Of a stretch of 64,000 nt of DNA, positions 1 to 11,203 are shown piece after piece (positions within the stretch are counted from its first letter, which is position 1; each line of letters opens with the position of its first letter). The translations under genes were made by a program, and so were the position numbers. The notes under the pieces were generated by a model that saw nothing but the letters and a program-made list of their open reading frames with translations, was not told the origin of the DNA and did not search any database. Where the stretch lies: assembly GCA_947487765.1 (NCBI GenBank), contig CANKXO010000007.1:22180-86179 (forward strand), read 5' to 3'. This DNA is from an uncultured Pseudomonadales bacterium (GTDB taxonomy: Bacteria; Pseudomonadota; Gammaproteobacteria; Pseudomonadales; Cellvibrionaceae).

Positions 1-1
1 T

Positions 2-253
2 GCAACTGGAATCGAAGAATCTAAGAAAATAGGTGACCTTACTGAAGGTCAAATGGATGAGTTACGTGCTGAAGTTGGCAAAGTTACCGTTGAGGGTGAC
101 TTACGTCGTGAAGTATCCATGAACATTAAGCGTTTAATGGATTTAGGTTGCTTTCGTGGTATCCGTCATCGTCGTAATCTACCACTACGTGGTCAACGGA
201 CTAAAACTAATGCCCGTACCCGTAAAGGTCCTCGTAAACCCATCAAGAAATAA
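2..253 (+). CDS. rpsM: 30S ribosomal protein S13, C-terminal part (5' end lies outside the window)
   Basis: The frame is open from the window edge. The tail ...[54 protein letters not shown] is the canonical S13 C-terminus. It is followed by rpsK-rpsD-rpoA-rplQ. Confidence 0.95.
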   Translation, partial: ATGIEESKKIGDLTEGQMDELRAEVGKVTVEGDLRREVSMNIKRLMDLGCFRGIRHRRNLPLRGQRTKTNARTRKGPRKPIKK

Positions 254-301
254 TCTCTCTTGAATTTCTACTTTCACAGTAAAAAAGGTTAGGTATTTGC
301 T

Positions 302-694
302 ATGGCTAAGCCAGGTAAACAAACAACAAAGAAAAAAGTTAAAAAGACGGTGGTCGATGGCGTTGCCCATGTCCATGCATCTTTCAACAACACAATTGTA
401 ACAATCACTGATCGCCAAGGTAATGCTCTTTCTTGGGCAACTGCAGGTGGCTCTGGCTTCCGTGGTTCTCGTAAAAGCACACCATTTGCTGCACAGGTTG
501 CTGCTGAGCGCGCTGGTCAAGCTGCGCTAGATTATGGTTTGAAAAACTTAGACGTTGAGGTTAAAGGTCCAGGACCTGGCCGTGAATCAGCTGTTCGTGC
601 ACTGAACAATGTCGGTTACACTATTACTAATATCACTGATGTGACGCCCATTCCTCATAATGGCTGCCGTCCACCTAAAAGACGCAGGGTATAG
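302..694 (+). CDS. rpsK: 30S ribosomal protein S11
   Basis: 130 aa. Contains ...[43 protein letters not shown]..., typical of S11. Sits at the conserved alpha-operon position. Confidence 0.97.
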   Translation: MAKPGKQTTKKKVKKTVVDGVAHVHASFNNTIVTITDRQGNALSWATAGGSGFRGSRKSTPFAAQVAAERAGQAALDYGLKNLDVEVKGPGPGRESAVRALNNVGYTITNITDVTPIPHNGCRPPKRRRV

Positions 695-704
695 GGGAAT
701 ATAA

Positions 705-1322
705 ATGGCTCGTTATCTTGGACCTACTTGTAAATTAGCTCGCCGTGAAGGTACAGATCTGTATCTGAAAAGCGGTGTTCGTCCTTTGGACTCAAAATGT
801 AAAATTGAAACAGCGCCTGGTATGCATGGTGTTCGTCGTGGTCGCTTATCTGACTATGGTGTTCAGTTACGTGAAAAGCAAAAAGTACGTCGTATGTACG
901 GTGTTCTTGAAAAGCAATTCCGTGGCTACTATAAAGAAGCTGCTCGTCGTAAAGGCGCAACAGGTGAAAACTTGTTACAACTTCTAGAATCTCGTCTTGA
1001 TAATGTTGTTTATCGCATGGGCTTCGGCGCTACACGTGCTGAATCTCGTCAATTGGTATCTCATAAAGCAATATTGATTAATGGTAGCACCGTTAATATT
1101 CCTTCTTATCAGGTACAAGTTAACGATGTTATCTCTATTCGTGAGAAAGCTAAAAATCAATTGCGTATTAAAAGTGCATTAGATTTGTCCGCTCAGCGCG
1201 AAGTAGAATGGGTAGAAGTTAATAATGGCAAGCTTGAAGGTACATTTAAACGTGTTCCTGATCGCGCTGATTTGCCAGCCGAAATTAACGAAAACTTAAT
1301 TGTTGAACTTTACTCAAAATAA
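705..1322 (+). CDS. rpsD: 30S ribosomal protein S4
   Basis: 205 aa. The [19 protein letters not shown]... N-terminus and an S4 RNA-binding domain are present. Operon context fits. Confidence 0.97.
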   Translation: MARYLGPTCKLARREGTDLYLKSGVRPLDSKCKIETAPGMHGVRRGRLSDYGVQLREKQKVRRMYGVLEKQFRGYYKEAARRKGATGENLLQLLESRLDNVVYRMGFGATRAESRQLVSHKAILINGSTVNIPSYQVQVNDVISIREKAKNQLRIKSALDLSAQREVEWVEVNNGKLEGTFKRVPDRADLPAEINENLIVELYSK

Positions 1323-1403
1323 TTAGCTATATTTTTATATTCGCTATTATTTATGTAAGTTTTTATAAAAGTTAAAACTAAACTATTACCGGAAAAAGTA
1401 GGT

Positions 1404-2402
1404 ATGTCTATGCAAGCTGTGAACGAATTTTTGACACCACGTCATATTGATGTAACTGAAAATTCACCCACGCACGCCAAGGTTGTGTTGGAGCCTTTAG
1501 AACGAGGCTTCGGGCATACCTTAGGTAATGCATTACGCCGTATTTTATTGTCCTCAATGCCTGGTTGCGCCATTATCGAAGTAGAGATCGATGGTGTAGA
1601 GCATGAGTACAGTGCGATAGAAGGTGTACAAGAAGATGTTATTGAGATATTGCTAAACTTAAAAGGTGTAGCAGTAGTCATGAATGACGAAGAGAAGGTT
1701 CAAGCAACTGTTTCTCTAAGCAAAAGTGGCCCTGGTGTTGTGACGGCTGGCGATATTATTGTTGATCATGGTGTTGAAATTAAAAACCCTGATCATGTTA
1801 TCGCTACTATCACAGGCAAGGTTGATCTTAACATGCATATTACCATTGCTCGTGGGCGTGGTTATCAGCCAGCTGATGCACGAGTGAGTGATGAAGAAGA
1901 AACTCGTACAATTGGTCGTTTGCAGTTAGATGCATCATTTAGTCCAGTTAAACGATTAGCTTATTCTGTTGAGAGTGCACGTGTTGAGCAACGTACGGAC
2001 TTGGATAAATTGGTACTTGATCTAGAAACTGACGGTACAATTGATCCTGAAGAAGCTATTCGTCGTTCTGCTACTATCCTGCAGCAGCAGCTTGCAGTGT
2101 TTGTTGATCTTGAGCATGAGAAGTCATCTGAGCCAGAAACGAAAGAAGTCGAAATCGATCCAATTCTTTTGCGACCTGTTGATGACTTAGAGCTAACAGT
2201 TCGTTCGGCGAATTGCTTGAAAGCAGAAAATATTTATTACATTGGTGATCTAGTTCAGCGCACAGAAGTTGAATTGTTGAAAACACCAAACTTAGGTAAA
2301 AAATCTCTTACAGAGATTAAAGATGTTCTAGCCTCTCGTGGATTATCACTAGGCTTGCGTCTAGAAAATTGGCCACCAGCCAGTTTACGTAACGAAGATT
2401 AA
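1404..2402 (+). CDS. rpoA: DNA-directed RNA polymerase alpha subunit
   Basis: 332 aa. Contains ...[27 protein letters not shown]... and the C-terminal domain ...[23 protein letters not shown]... The true start could be the second ATG at 1410. Confidence 0.96.
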   Translation: MSMQAVNEFLTPRHIDVTENSPTHAKVVLEPLERGFGHTLGNALRRILLSSMPGCAIIEVEIDGVEHEYSAIEGVQEDVIEILLNLKGVAVVMNDEEKVQATVSLSKSGPGVVTAGDIIVDHGVEIKNPDHVIATITGKVDLNMHITIARGRGYQPADARVSDEEETRTIGRLQLDASFSPVKRLAYSVESARVEQRTDLDKLVLDLETDGTIDPEEAIRRSATILQQQLAVFVDLEHEKSSEPETKEVEIDPILLRPVDDLELTVRSANCLKAENIYYIGDLVQRTEVELLKTPNLGKKSLTEIKDVLASRGLSLGLRLENWPPASLRNED

Positions 2403-2486
2403 TATTGTTAAAATTGAATGTGCTAACGATTAGTTAGCCTTTATAAATTATTGCTGTGAAGCAGGAAATACGGAAGGGTTAAAGTC

Positions 2487-2882
2487 ATGCGTCATCGTCA
2501 AAGCGGACGTCAGCTGAATCGTAACAGTTCTCATCGTAAAGCTATGTTTAAAAACATGAGTATATCTCTTGTTGAACATGAATTGATTAAGACAACTGTA
2601 CCTAAAGCTAAAGAATTACGTCGTCATATTGAGCCATTAATTACTTTGGCTAAAAAAGATAATGTAGCTAACCGTCGTTTAGCGTTTAGTCGCTTAAACT
2701 CTAAAGAAGCTGTTGGTAAACTATTTAGTGACTTAGGGCCTCGTTACGAGTCACGCCCAGGTGGTTACGTACGTATTTTGAAGTGTGGTTACCGCACGGG
2801 TGATAAAGCACCAATGGCTTATGTTGAGTTGGTGGATCGTCAAACTGATGTTGCTGAAGATGAAGTGGCAACTGAAGAGTAA
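2487..2882 (+). CDS. rplQ: 50S ribosomal protein L17
   Basis: 131 aa starting [24 protein letters not shown]... It is the last gene of the alpha operon. Confidence 0.96.
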   Translation: MRHRQSGRQLNRNSSHRKAMFKNMSISLVEHELIKTTVPKAKELRRHIEPLITLAKKDNVANRRLAFSRLNSKEAVGKLFSDLGPRYESRPGGYVRILKCGYRTGDKAPMAYVELVDRQTDVAEDEVATEE

Positions 2883-2898
2883 AAATTATCAAGTATCA

Positions 2899-2927
2899 AA
2901 AAGCCAGCATTAGCTGGCTTTTTTTTG
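2899..2927 (+). terminator. Rho-independent terminator after rplQ (possibly bidirectional)
   Basis: Stem AAGCCAGC (2901-2908), loop ATTA, stem GCTGGCTT (2913-2920), followed by a T-run. An A-run lies on the other side, and the convergent gene ends at 2929. Confidence 0.8.
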
Positions 2928-2928
2928 C

Positions 2929-4791
2929 CTACAATTTATAGGATCTTTGTGAATTGTAGTTCTTGTTGTAGTTTATAAAATTATCCGCCGGTAGAGGTTT
3001 ACTGAAATAGAACCCTTGTATTATTTTGCAGCCTAAGTCTTCTAATAAATTTAATTTTTCTTGGCTATCTACACCCTCTGCGATCAAGTTAACTCCGATT
3101 TTATTGCATAGCTCAATCATGGCTTCTGCAATGGCCGCGTCTTTTGGTGAATCAATAATATCTTTCACAAATATTCTGTCGAGTTTTAAACAATCGATGG
3201 GAAATGCTTTCAAATACCCTAGTGATGAATAGCCGCTACCAAAGTCATCGATGGCTAACCGAAATCCATCTTCTTTAAGGTTTTTTAAGGCCTCTAAATT
3301 TTTAGGTGTTATATCGATAAAAGCATCTTCTGTTAATTCAAATTCTATTTGGTGTTTCTGAAGAGAGAAATTGCTACAAATTTCAGAAATGGTTTCATAA
3401 GCTTTTTGCTGACGAATAAATTTGGGCGGGATGTTGATAGAAACATGCATGTCTTCATTAACGATTCCTTGCTTCAGCCATTGTTCCCAAAGCCCTAGTG
3501 CGTTAGCGATGATCCACTCTGTTGCGGGTATGATTAAGCCTGTATCGTCGAGTGCAGGGATAAAACCATTTGGCGGTATGATACCGTAATCGGGGTGGCT
3601 CCAGCGTACTAACGCTTCAGCTCCATATAGTTTACCTGTTTGGATATCTATTTGTGGTTGAAAATAGAGTTCTAATTGGTCTTCTTCGATTGCTACTCGT
3701 AAATTCTTTTCTAAATTATTTCGAATCTGAGCGGTTACTTGTAACTCGCGGGTAAAGAAGCCAACTTGGTTACCTCCTTTTTTCTTCGCAGCGTACATGA
3801 CAATATCAGAGTTTTTCAGAATGCTTTCGGCATTAACATCTTTTTCATCGTTGGAGCTGGATACTCCGATGCTGCATGTAGTGAAAATAGGCCTGTTATC
3901 GATAATAAATGGTTCGGCAAGCGTATTGATAATTTTATTTGCAATGGCATTGACAGTACTTAAATCTTTGACGTTTTCGTAGAGAATAGTGAACTCATCG
4001 CCGCCCAATCTTGCAACAGTGTCAGTATCTCTCACACAATTTTTTAGCCTATTAGCAACCTGTATTAAAAGAGCATCACCAACAGCATGCCCCATGGTGT
4101 CATTAATTGTTTTGAAGTTATCAAGGTCAAGCAGCATGACAACAACGTGATTCTCTATGACTTGGCGTTTGGTATTTTCGAGAGCATGTTTTAATCGATC
4201 CATAAAAATGGGACGATTAGATAGCTTAGTCAGTGCATCATGATGTGCTAATAGCTGTAATTCCTTTTCTGTTTTTTTACGCTCAATAGCATAACGAATG
4301 GTGCGATCTATAATTTTTAGACTGAATTCGTCTTTATGAATATAGTCTTGTGCACCATAGTGAATGACTTCATTGATAATGGTTTCATCATGACTTCCAG
4401 TAAGGACAATAATCGGTGTGTCGCGGTTGCAACGGCGGACTTTTTCTAAGGTGTCAATGCCTGTGCTATCAGGAAGTGAAAGGTCTAAGAAGATAATGTC
4501 ATAACTATGATCTTTTAGCTTTTCAATTGCTGTAGATAGAGTACTGCTATTTTCAATTTTATAGTTTGTACGGCTTTTTCTGTGGAGTTGCTCGGTAACA
4601 AGGTGGATGTCTGCCTCGCTATCTTCAATATGTAAAATTGAGATGTGCTGGGCTGGGTCTGGTCCTTTGACCATATTTATATCGCGTGTTTCTGCCGTCA
4701 TAACTGCTCTTGATAGCTTTTTACGTATAGGTAATGCTAGAAGTATCCCTGACGAGATAGATACAGTTAAGTATAGATGAGGTTTCGACAA
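2929..4791 (-). CDS. Response-regulator receiver + GGDEF + EAL protein (c-di-GMP turnover)
   Basis: A REC-like region (...ILHIEDSEADIHL...DIIFLDLSLPDSTG...), an intact GGDEF motif (ARLGGDEFTILY) and an EAL motif (GAEALVRW) are present. The real start may be an internal Met (MTAETRD or MVKGPD). Confidence 0.85.
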   Translation of the reverse strand: MSKPHLYLTVSISSGILLALPIRKKLSRAVMTAETRDINMVKGPDPAQHISILHIEDSEADIHLVTEQLHRKSRTNYKIENSSTLSTAIEKLKDHSYDIIFLDLSLPDSTGIDTLEKVRRCNRDTPIIVLTGSHDETIINEVIHYGAQDYIHKDEFSLKIIDRTIRYAIERKKTEKELQLLAHHDALTKLSNRPIFMDRLKHALENTKRQVIENHVVVMLLDLDNFKTINDTMGHAVGDALLIQVANRLKNCVRDTDTVARLGGDEFTILYENVKDLSTVNAIANKIINTLAEPFIIDNRPIFTTCSIGVSSSNDEKDVNAESILKNSDIVMYAAKKKGGNQVGFFTRELQVTAQIRNNLEKNLRVAIEEDQLELYFQPQIDIQTGKLYGAEALVRWSHPDYGIIPPNGFIPALDDTGLIIPATEWIIANALGLWEQWLKQGIVNEDMHVSINIPPKFIRQQKAYETISEICSNFSLQKHQIEFELTEDAFIDITPKNLEALKNLKEDGFRLAIDDFGSGYSSLGYLKAFPIDCLKLDRIFVKDIIDSPKDAAIAEAMIELCNKIGVNLIAEGVDSQEKLNLLEDLGCKIIQGFYFSKPLPADNFINYNKNYNSQRSYKL

Positions 4792-4846
4792 TTTCAGGGA
4801 AATTGCCGAGATTGTAGAAAGGAGCTTTTATAGACCTAAATGTTAT

Positions 4847-7666
4847 TTATAGTAACTTTTTTAAAAACGCTCCAGTATGAGACAGTTTAACTTCACAAAT
4901 GGCTTCTGGAGTACCTTCGGCGATGATTTGGCCGCCACCACTGCCACCTTCGGGGCCTAGGTCAATAATCCAATCAGCTGTTTTAACAACGTCTAAATTG
5001 TGCTCGATGACGACAATAGTATTGCCGTGGTCGCGCAATCGATGCAGAACAGTTAAGAGTTGTTGGATATCATGGAAGTGGAGCCCTGTTGTGGGTTCGT
5101 CCAATATATAGAGCGTCTGGCCAGTATCTCTTTTAGAGAGTTCTTTTGATAACTTAACACGTTGAGCTTCACCACCCGAAAGGGTCGTTGCAGACTGCCC
5201 TAAACGAATATAAGAGAGGCCAACATCAATCAAGGTTTGCAGTTTGCGTGCAATCGCGGGTATGGCATCAAAAAACTCACGAGCATCCTCAATCGTCATA
5301 TCTAAGACTTGATGGATATTTTTCCCTTTGTAAAGAATCTCTAATGTCTCGCGGTTATAGCGTTTACCATGACAAACATCGCAAGCCACATAGACATCCG
5401 GTAGAAAATGCATTTCTACTTTAACAACACCGTCGCCTTGGCAGGCTTCGCAGCGTCCGCCTTTAACATTGAAGCTAAACCTCCCCGGCTTATAACCACG
5501 AGAGCGTGCTTCCTGTGTGCCAGAAAATAGCTCCCTGATGGGAGTAAAGATACCTGTATAGGTCGCTGGGTTTGATCGTGGCGTTCGGCCAATTGGGCTT
5601 TGGTCAATATCGACACACTTGTCAGCATGTTCCAGCCCTGTTATCTCTTTATAAGGAGCTGGCTTTAGAGTAGTTGCGCCATTCAATTCTGTTGCGACAA
5701 TGGGGTAAAGAGTCCCGTTAATCAATGTTGATTTTCCTGAGCCTGAAACACCGGTGATACACGTCATTAAGCCAAAAGGAATCGTCAGCGTTACATCTTG
5801 TAGATTATTGCCTGTGGCTCCACTTAAGACGAGCTGCTTTTCTGGATCCGCTTGGTGGCGCTTTTCAGGAACAATAATTTTCTTCTTTCCTGATAAATAC
5901 TGGCCAGTAAGCGAATGCTTACTTTTTGTAATATCCTTCAATTTACCTTGGGCGATAATCTCGCCACCGTGAACGCCCGCTCCCGGACCGATATCGATCA
6001 CGTGGTCTGCTTCACGAATAGCATCTTCATCATGTTCTACAACGATTACGGTATTGCCTAGGTCGCGTAAATGAATCAGTGTTTTCAATAGCCGCTCGTT
6101 ATCGCGCTGATGTAAGCCAATGGATGGTTCATCGAGAATATACATAACCCCAACTAAGCCCGCACCAATTTGGCTAGCTAAACGAATACGTTGTGCCTCG
6201 CCACCAGATAACGTCTCTGCACTGCGGTTCAATGTTAAATAGTTCAGGCCAACATCGTTAAGAAATCGAAACCGATCGCCAATTTCTTTCAATATTTTGT
6301 CAGCAATTTCGCCTTTGGCGCCCGTTAGTGTTAATTGCTGAAAATAATCATAGGCTTCGCCAATAGGGTAGGTGCAGATGTCGGGTAGTATTTTATTATC
6401 GATAAATACATTGCGTGCTTCTTCTCGTAATCGAGTCCCATTACAGCTGGGGCAATGTTGAGTTGACAATAGTTTGGCTAGATCTTCTCGTACTGTCTGG
6501 GATTCGGTATCCCTGTAGCGTCTCTCTAAGTTAGGAATTACACCTTCGAATGTATGTTTGCGCTTATAAGTATCGCCACGGTCATTAACATACGTAAAAT
6601 TGATTTCAGTGTCTCCAGAACCGAAGAGAATCACGTCTCTTTGTGCTTTTTTTAATTTTTCCCATGGAGTATCGGTATTAAATTTAAAATGTTTGGCTAG
6701 AGATTCCAGCATATGGAAATAATAGATATTACGTTTATCCCAGCCTCTTATAGCTCCTTCGGAGAGTGACGACTCAGGGAATTGGACAATTTTGCTTTCG
6801 TCGAAGTATTGTTTGACGCCGAGACCATCACAGGCAGGGCACGCACCTGCTGGATTGTTGAACGAGAATAATCTGGGCTCTAGTTCTGTAAGTGAATAGT
6901 CACAAACTGGGCAGGCATGTTTTGTCGAGAATATCTGATCTTCTCGCTCACCATCCATATAGCTAATTGCGATCAGGCCGCTCGATAACGTAACGCCTGT
7001 TTCAATGGATTCGGCCAGCCTGAGTTGTAAGTCATCGCGGACTTTAAATCGATCAACAACCGCATCGATTGTGTGCTTTTTCTTTTTGTCGAGTTCGGGT
7101 ACTTCATCTAAATCAACAACAAGACCATCAACTCTGACTCGAACAAAACCATCACGTCGTAACTGTTCAAAGACATGAACATGCTCACCTTTACGGTCAC
7201 GGACTATCGGTGCTAAGAGCATTAGTTTCGTGCCTTCAGGTAAGGCCAAAATAGAATCAACAATTTCACTTACAGTTTGTGCGGCAAGTGGAACGCCATG
7301 AGTAGGGCAGCGGGCTTCGCCAACGCGAGCGAAGAGCAAGCGCAAATAGTCGTATATTTCTGTAATAGTTCCTACGGTTGATCGGGGGTTGTGAGAGGTT
7401 GATTTCTGTTCGATTGAAATTGCCGGGCTTAGTCCTTCAATATGATCGACATCGGGTTTTTCCATCATCGACAGAAATTGTCGTGCGTAAGTAGAAAGTG
7501 ATTCGACGTAGCGTCGTTGCCCTTCAGCATAAAGTGTATCAAATGCTAACGATGATTTTCCTGAGCCGGATAGTCCAGTGATAACAATAAATTTATCGCG
7601 AGGAATGTTGAGATCAATGTTTTTTAAATTATGGGTGCGTGCACCCCGAACAGTAATAGTATCCAC
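4847..7666 (-). CDS. uvrA: Excinuclease ABC subunit A
   Basis: 939 aa starting [58 protein letters not shown]... It has two ABC modules and zinc-finger cysteines. Confidence 0.97.
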   Translation of the reverse strand: MDTITVRGARTHNLKNIDLNIPRDKFIVITGLSGSGKSSLAFDTLYAEGQRRYVESLSTYARQFLSMMEKPDVDHIEGLSPAISIEQKSTSHNPRSTVGTITEIYDYLRLLFARVGEARCPTHGVPLAAQTVSEIVDSILALPEGTKLMLLAPIVRDRKGEHVHVFEQLRRDGFVRVRVDGLVVDLDEVPELDKKKKHTIDAVVDRFKVRDDLQLRLAESIETGVTLSSGLIAISYMDGEREDQIFSTKHACPVCDYSLTELEPRLFSFNNPAGACPACDGLGVKQYFDESKIVQFPESSLSEGAIRGWDKRNIYYFHMLESLAKHFKFNTDTPWEKLKKAQRDVILFGSGDTEINFTYVNDRGDTYKRKHTFEGVIPNLERRYRDTESQTVREDLAKLLSTQHCPSCNGTRLREEARNVFIDNKILPDICTYPIGEAYDYFQQLTLTGAKGEIADKILKEIGDRFRFLNDVGLNYLTLNRSAETLSGGEAQRIRLASQIGAGLVGVMYILDEPSIGLHQRDNERLLKTLIHLRDLGNTVIVVEHDEDAIREADHVIDIGPGAGVHGGEIIAQGKLKDITKSKHSLTGQYLSGKKKIIVPEKRHQADPEKQLVLSGATGNNLQDVTLTIPFGLMTCITGVSGSGKSTLINGTLYPIVATELNGATTLKPAPYKEITGLEHADKCVDIDQSPIGRTPRSNPATYTGIFTPIRELFSGTQEARSRGYKPGRFSFNVKGGRCEACQGDGVVKVEMHFLPDVYVACDVCHGKRYNRETLEILYKGKNIHQVLDMTIEDAREFFDAIPAIARKLQTLIDVGLSYIRLGQSATTLSGGEAQRVKLSKELSKRDTGQTLYILDEPTTGLHFHDIQQLLTVLHRLRDHGNTIVVIEHNLDVVKTADWIIDLGPEGGSGGGQIIAEGTPEAICEVKLSHTGAFLKKLL

Positions 7667-7945
7667 AAAAACGACTCAGTGACGGAATAAACAGCGAAGT
7701 ATAATTCATTAGGGTGAATGGGGGCAGGTTGTTTCCCTCAAAAAACTACTTTTAGATTCAGTATGAACAATATATTTCAGTATTGATTATTTCTCAGTCA
7801 TTTGAATGTATAAAGCAAAGTGATCCATTATTTTGAAACAACATTAAGCAGGTTCGCTATCCTATTATTTTTCGAGGGCTGATATTCCTTAACAGCGATG
7901 CACTCGCTTGATAGAATGCCGTGTTACTCATTATTTTAGGTCGTC

Positions 7946-9145
7946 ATGTCCGCAGTAAAAACCTCAGAATCTCGTGCCGTCTTCTCTCTTGCTTCTCTTT
8001 ATATAGTCCGGATGCTGGGCTTATTTATGGTTTTGCCTGTATTGACGTTATCAGGTGGGGAATATGCAGGAAGCAATGTGTTTTTATTGGGCGTCGCTTT
8101 AGGGGTTTATGGCTTGACGCAAGCTTGTTTGCAAATCCCCTATGGCATCCTCTCAGATCGATATGGCCGTAAACCCTTAGTTGTTATTGGGTTAATCGTG
8201 TTTGCACTTGGCTCAGTAGTAGCGGCATCAGCAGAGACCATTGAAGGATTAATTATCGGGCGTGCTCTGCAAGGTGCTGGTGCGATTGCAGGCGTCATTA
8301 TGGCAATGGTGGGTGACCTCACAACCGATACCAGTCGAACCAAAGCAATGGCGACCATTGGCGCTTCAATTGGTGTTGCCTTTGCTTTATCTCTCGTGAT
8401 TGGGCCGGTGATTACGGGCTTAGGCGGGATTCGTTGGGTATTCTGGATAACACTGATTTTGTCATTTATTGGTATTGTTATTTTGGTGTGGGGAGTGCCA
8501 GCAGTGCCAGAAGGCAAATCTCGCCGACTCCTTTCTATTACAGATTTGAAAGAGGTTGCCAGTGATTTCAACTTATTCCGGCTCAATGTTGGTATCTTTA
8601 TATTGCATGCTGTACTGATGGCTTTGTTTGTGGCTATTCCTTTATTGCTTGAGTTAGTAGGTATTGCTCAACGTCAGCATGCTTGGGTTTATTTAGGTGT
8701 AATGGGCATCGCTTTTGTATTGATGGTCCCTCTGATTATTATTGGCGAACGCCAGCAAAAACTGAAATCCATCTTTTTAGGTATGTTAGTTGTAGCCGCA
8801 GTGGCATTGATAGGGTTATTCCTTGTTGCCAGTCATATGATGCTAGTACTACTGTGCATCTTATTATTCTTTATCAGCTTTAATTATTTAGAAGCAACAT
8901 TACCGTCTCTGATGAGTAAAATCGTTCCGGAGCATGCCCGAGGCGCAGGTTCTGGTTTATTTTCAACCTGTCAATTTTTGGGTGCTGCGACAGGCGGCAT
9001 TCTGGGTGGCTGGCTATTTACCCACTTTGGCCTTTCGGGCCTGATGGTGGTTTGTGCGAGTGCATTTGTGGTTTGGTGGTTGTTAGCCCTTAAGATGATT
9101 GTGCCAAAACGAACCGCTATATCTGCCGAAAATGTGGTAGCATAA
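7946..9145 (+). CDS. MFS transporter
   Basis: 399 aa with about 12 hydrophobic segments. An MFS loop motif is present (GILSDRYGRKP). Confidence 0.8.
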   Translation: MSAVKTSESRAVFSLASLYIVRMLGLFMVLPVLTLSGGEYAGSNVFLLGVALGVYGLTQACLQIPYGILSDRYGRKPLVVIGLIVFALGSVVAASAETIEGLIIGRALQGAGAIAGVIMAMVGDLTTDTSRTKAMATIGASIGVAFALSLVIGPVITGLGGIRWVFWITLILSFIGIVILVWGVPAVPEGKSRRLLSITDLKEVASDFNLFRLNVGIFILHAVLMALFVAIPLLLELVGIAQRQHAWVYLGVMGIAFVLMVPLIIIGERQQKLKSIFLGMLVVAAVALIGLFLVASHMMLVLLCILLFFISFNYLEATLPSLMSKIVPEHARGAGSGLFSTCQFLGAATGGILGGWLFTHFGLSGLMVVCASAFVVWWLLALKMIVPKRTAISAENVVA

Positions 9146-9181
9146 CGCCCTTGTAACATTAAAAAAATAGAGGAAAATCTA

Positions 9182-9712
9182 ATGGCTCGCGGAATCAATA
9201 AAGTCATTCTTGTCGGTAATTTAGGACAAGATCCAGAGGTACGTTATATGCCTTCTGGCGGTGCTGTCACTAACGTCAGCATTGCTACCTCCGAGAGCTG
9301 GAAAGATAAGCAAACCGGTCAGCCGGTTGATCGTACTGAATGGCATCGCGTTGTATTTTTCAACCGCTTGGCTGAGATTGCAGGCGAGTACCTTAAAAAA
9401 GGCTCTCAGATCTATATTGAAGGCAAGCTGCAGACTCGTAAATGGCAAGATCAATCGGGTTCAGATCGCTACACGACAGAAATTGTTGCGAATGAATTGC
9501 AAATGCTCGGTGGTCGTCAAGGTAGCGATATGAGCGGCGGTATGGGTGGTGATCCCGGTTACGGTGCAGACCAAAGCTATGGTGGTGCCCCAATGGGCGG
9601 TGCTCCAGCGCAAAAACCACAAGCAGCGCCTCGGCCTCAGGCTCCTCAACAAGCTCCAGCACCTGCTGCACCTCAAGGAATGGATAGCTTCGATGATGAT
9701 ATACCGTTCTAG
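9182..9712 (+). CDS. ssb: Single-stranded DNA-binding protein
   Basis: Starts [40 protein letters not shown]... It has a Gly/Pro/Gln-rich linker and the acidic tail DDDIPF. Confidence 0.97.
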   Translation: MARGINKVILVGNLGQDPEVRYMPSGGAVTNVSIATSESWKDKQTGQPVDRTEWHRVVFFNRLAEIAGEYLKKGSQIYIEGKLQTRKWQDQSGSDRYTTEIVANELQMLGGRQGSDMSGGMGGDPGYGADQSYGGAPMGGAPAQKPQAAPRPQAPQQAPAPAAPQGMDSFDDDIPF

Positions 9713-9752
9713 GATTTTCCTAGTGCTAGTATTGTAAAATTTTTATTCTTAA

Positions 9753-9778
9753 GGCCCTGTTTTTACAGGGCTTTTTTG
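9753..9778 (+). terminator. Rho-independent terminator after ssb
   Basis: GCCCTG (9754-9759) pairs with CAGGGC (9766-9771), followed by TTTTTT. Confidence 0.75.
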
Positions 9779-9817
9779 TATTTTTTAGGGTTGCTTGTTT
9801 AGCCTCACAGAAAATGT

Positions 9818-11203
9818 TTACCAATGCCCCCCTAAGGCTAAATAAAGGTCTGTTCGTTGATCTAGTATTAAGCGTTTTATTGTCGTTAAGTTAGATTTAG
9901 CGCCAATTAATCGTTGCTGGATGGCAAGTACATCTAGCAGATTAATTTCACCCTCTTTATAACGTAAGCTGGAAATGCGATAAGCTTCTCGAGCCTGTTG
10001 TTCAACAATGACCAGTTCTTCTTTACGTTTGTCCAATACGACACCTTGATCAAGGGACGTTTCCACTTCGTTGAAAGCGTTGAGAGCCATTTGCCCATAA
10101 GTAAATAGGGTTTGTTTCTGCTCTGCCGTTGCAGCGTCTATTTGGGCTTGTTTGGCACCGCCATCAAAAATAGAGGCGAGCAGGTTTGCACCTAGACGCC
10201 AAGTCGTATTGGCGGGGTCTAGAACGCTTGATAGTGAATTAGACGCTCCCCCTAAATTGCCGGTTAAGCTCAGAGACGGCAATCGAGCAGCTTTGGCAAC
10301 TTCCCGTTTATTAAAGGCAGCGGCAACACGGCGTTCAGCAGCAACTAAATCGGGTCGTCGTTCCAATAGTTCAGAGGGAATACCTGCGGGTGGCGCCAGT
10401 GGTGTTTTGGGTAATGATGCTCGTACTTGTAACTCCGCATTGGGGTAACGACCGAGTAGCACTTCTAAGGCCCTGGTAGCACTTCGCTGTGCGCCTTCTA
10501 GGGTAATTAACTGTTCGCGAGCACTGGCTATATCCGAGCGAGTCAATGCAAGGTCTTGAGCAGAGACAATCCCATTTTTGTACTGCACATCGACGATACG
10601 CAAGGTTTCTTCCAGTATCTCTAAACGCTCCATCGCTACGGCAATCTGACTATTGGCATCAATCAATGCAAAATAAGCTTTGGCCGTTGTGGCAGCCAAT
10701 GAGTGTTGGGTATAGCGAAAATCTGCTTGTGCAGCTCGTGCACTATTTGCGGCGGCTTGTTCGTTACTGCGAATACGTCCCCACAAATCTACCTCCCAGC
10801 TGACTTGTAAACCAATGCTTCGACTGTCGATGGGGGCAGTCGAAGCATCACGGCTTCCGGTTCGACTCCCTTCTGTTGATAATCCCGCATTCGGTAATAA
10901 TGCAGCACCTGCTTGCTTTGCTAGCGCTTGTGCACTTTCTACACCTGCGGAAGCGGCCAGTAAATTACGATTATTCGCTTGTGCTTCGCTCACCAGTGCT
11001 GTTAATACATCATCATTGAATGACTCTAACCAATTAACTGTAATGTCATTGCGATTTGCTTGGCTACTCCATTCTGAAGCAGTGAACGTCGTTTGTCCCG
11101 CAAGCTTTTCTTTAACTGCTTGTTCCGTTTGCTTTGTTGAAGCCGTACCACAACTGAGTAAGGTCACCGCAATCATAGGTATTAATACTATTTTAATCGC
11201 CAT
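9818..11203 (-). CDS. RND efflux outer-membrane lipoprotein (NodT/OprM family)
   Basis: 461 aa. It has a signal peptide with a lipobox (LLSCG) and a duplicated OEP-type alpha-helical repeat. It sits immediately downstream of the RND permease. Confidence 0.88.
   Translation of the reverse strand: MAIKIVLIPMIAVTLLSCGTASTKQTEQAVKEKLAGQTTFTASEWSSQANRNDITVNWLESFNDDVLTALVSEAQANNRNLLAASAGVESAQALAKQAGAALLPNAGLSTEGSRTGSRDASTAPIDSRSIGLQVSWEVDLWGRIRSNEQAAANSARAAQADFRYTQHSLAATTAKAYFALIDANSQIAVAMERLEILEETLRIVDVQYKNGIVSAQDLALTRSDIASAREQLITLEGAQRSATRALEVLLGRYPNAELQVRASLPKTPLAPPAGIPSELLERRPDLVAAERRVAAAFNKREVAKAARLPSLSLTGNLGGASNSLSSVLDPANTTWRLGANLLASIFDGGAKQAQIDAATAEQKQTLFTYGQMALNAFNEVETSLDQGVVLDKRKEELVIVEQQAREAYRISSLRYKEGEINLLDVLAIQQRLIGAKSNLTTIKRLILDQRTDLYLALGGHW

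Noticed and set aside
7757-7783. Possible LexA/SOS box in the uvrA promoter region (TTCAGTAT...TTCAGTAT)
   Set aside because: The two copies form a direct repeat, not the CTGT-N8-ACAG palindrome. No convincing SOS box was found by eye in 7667-7945.
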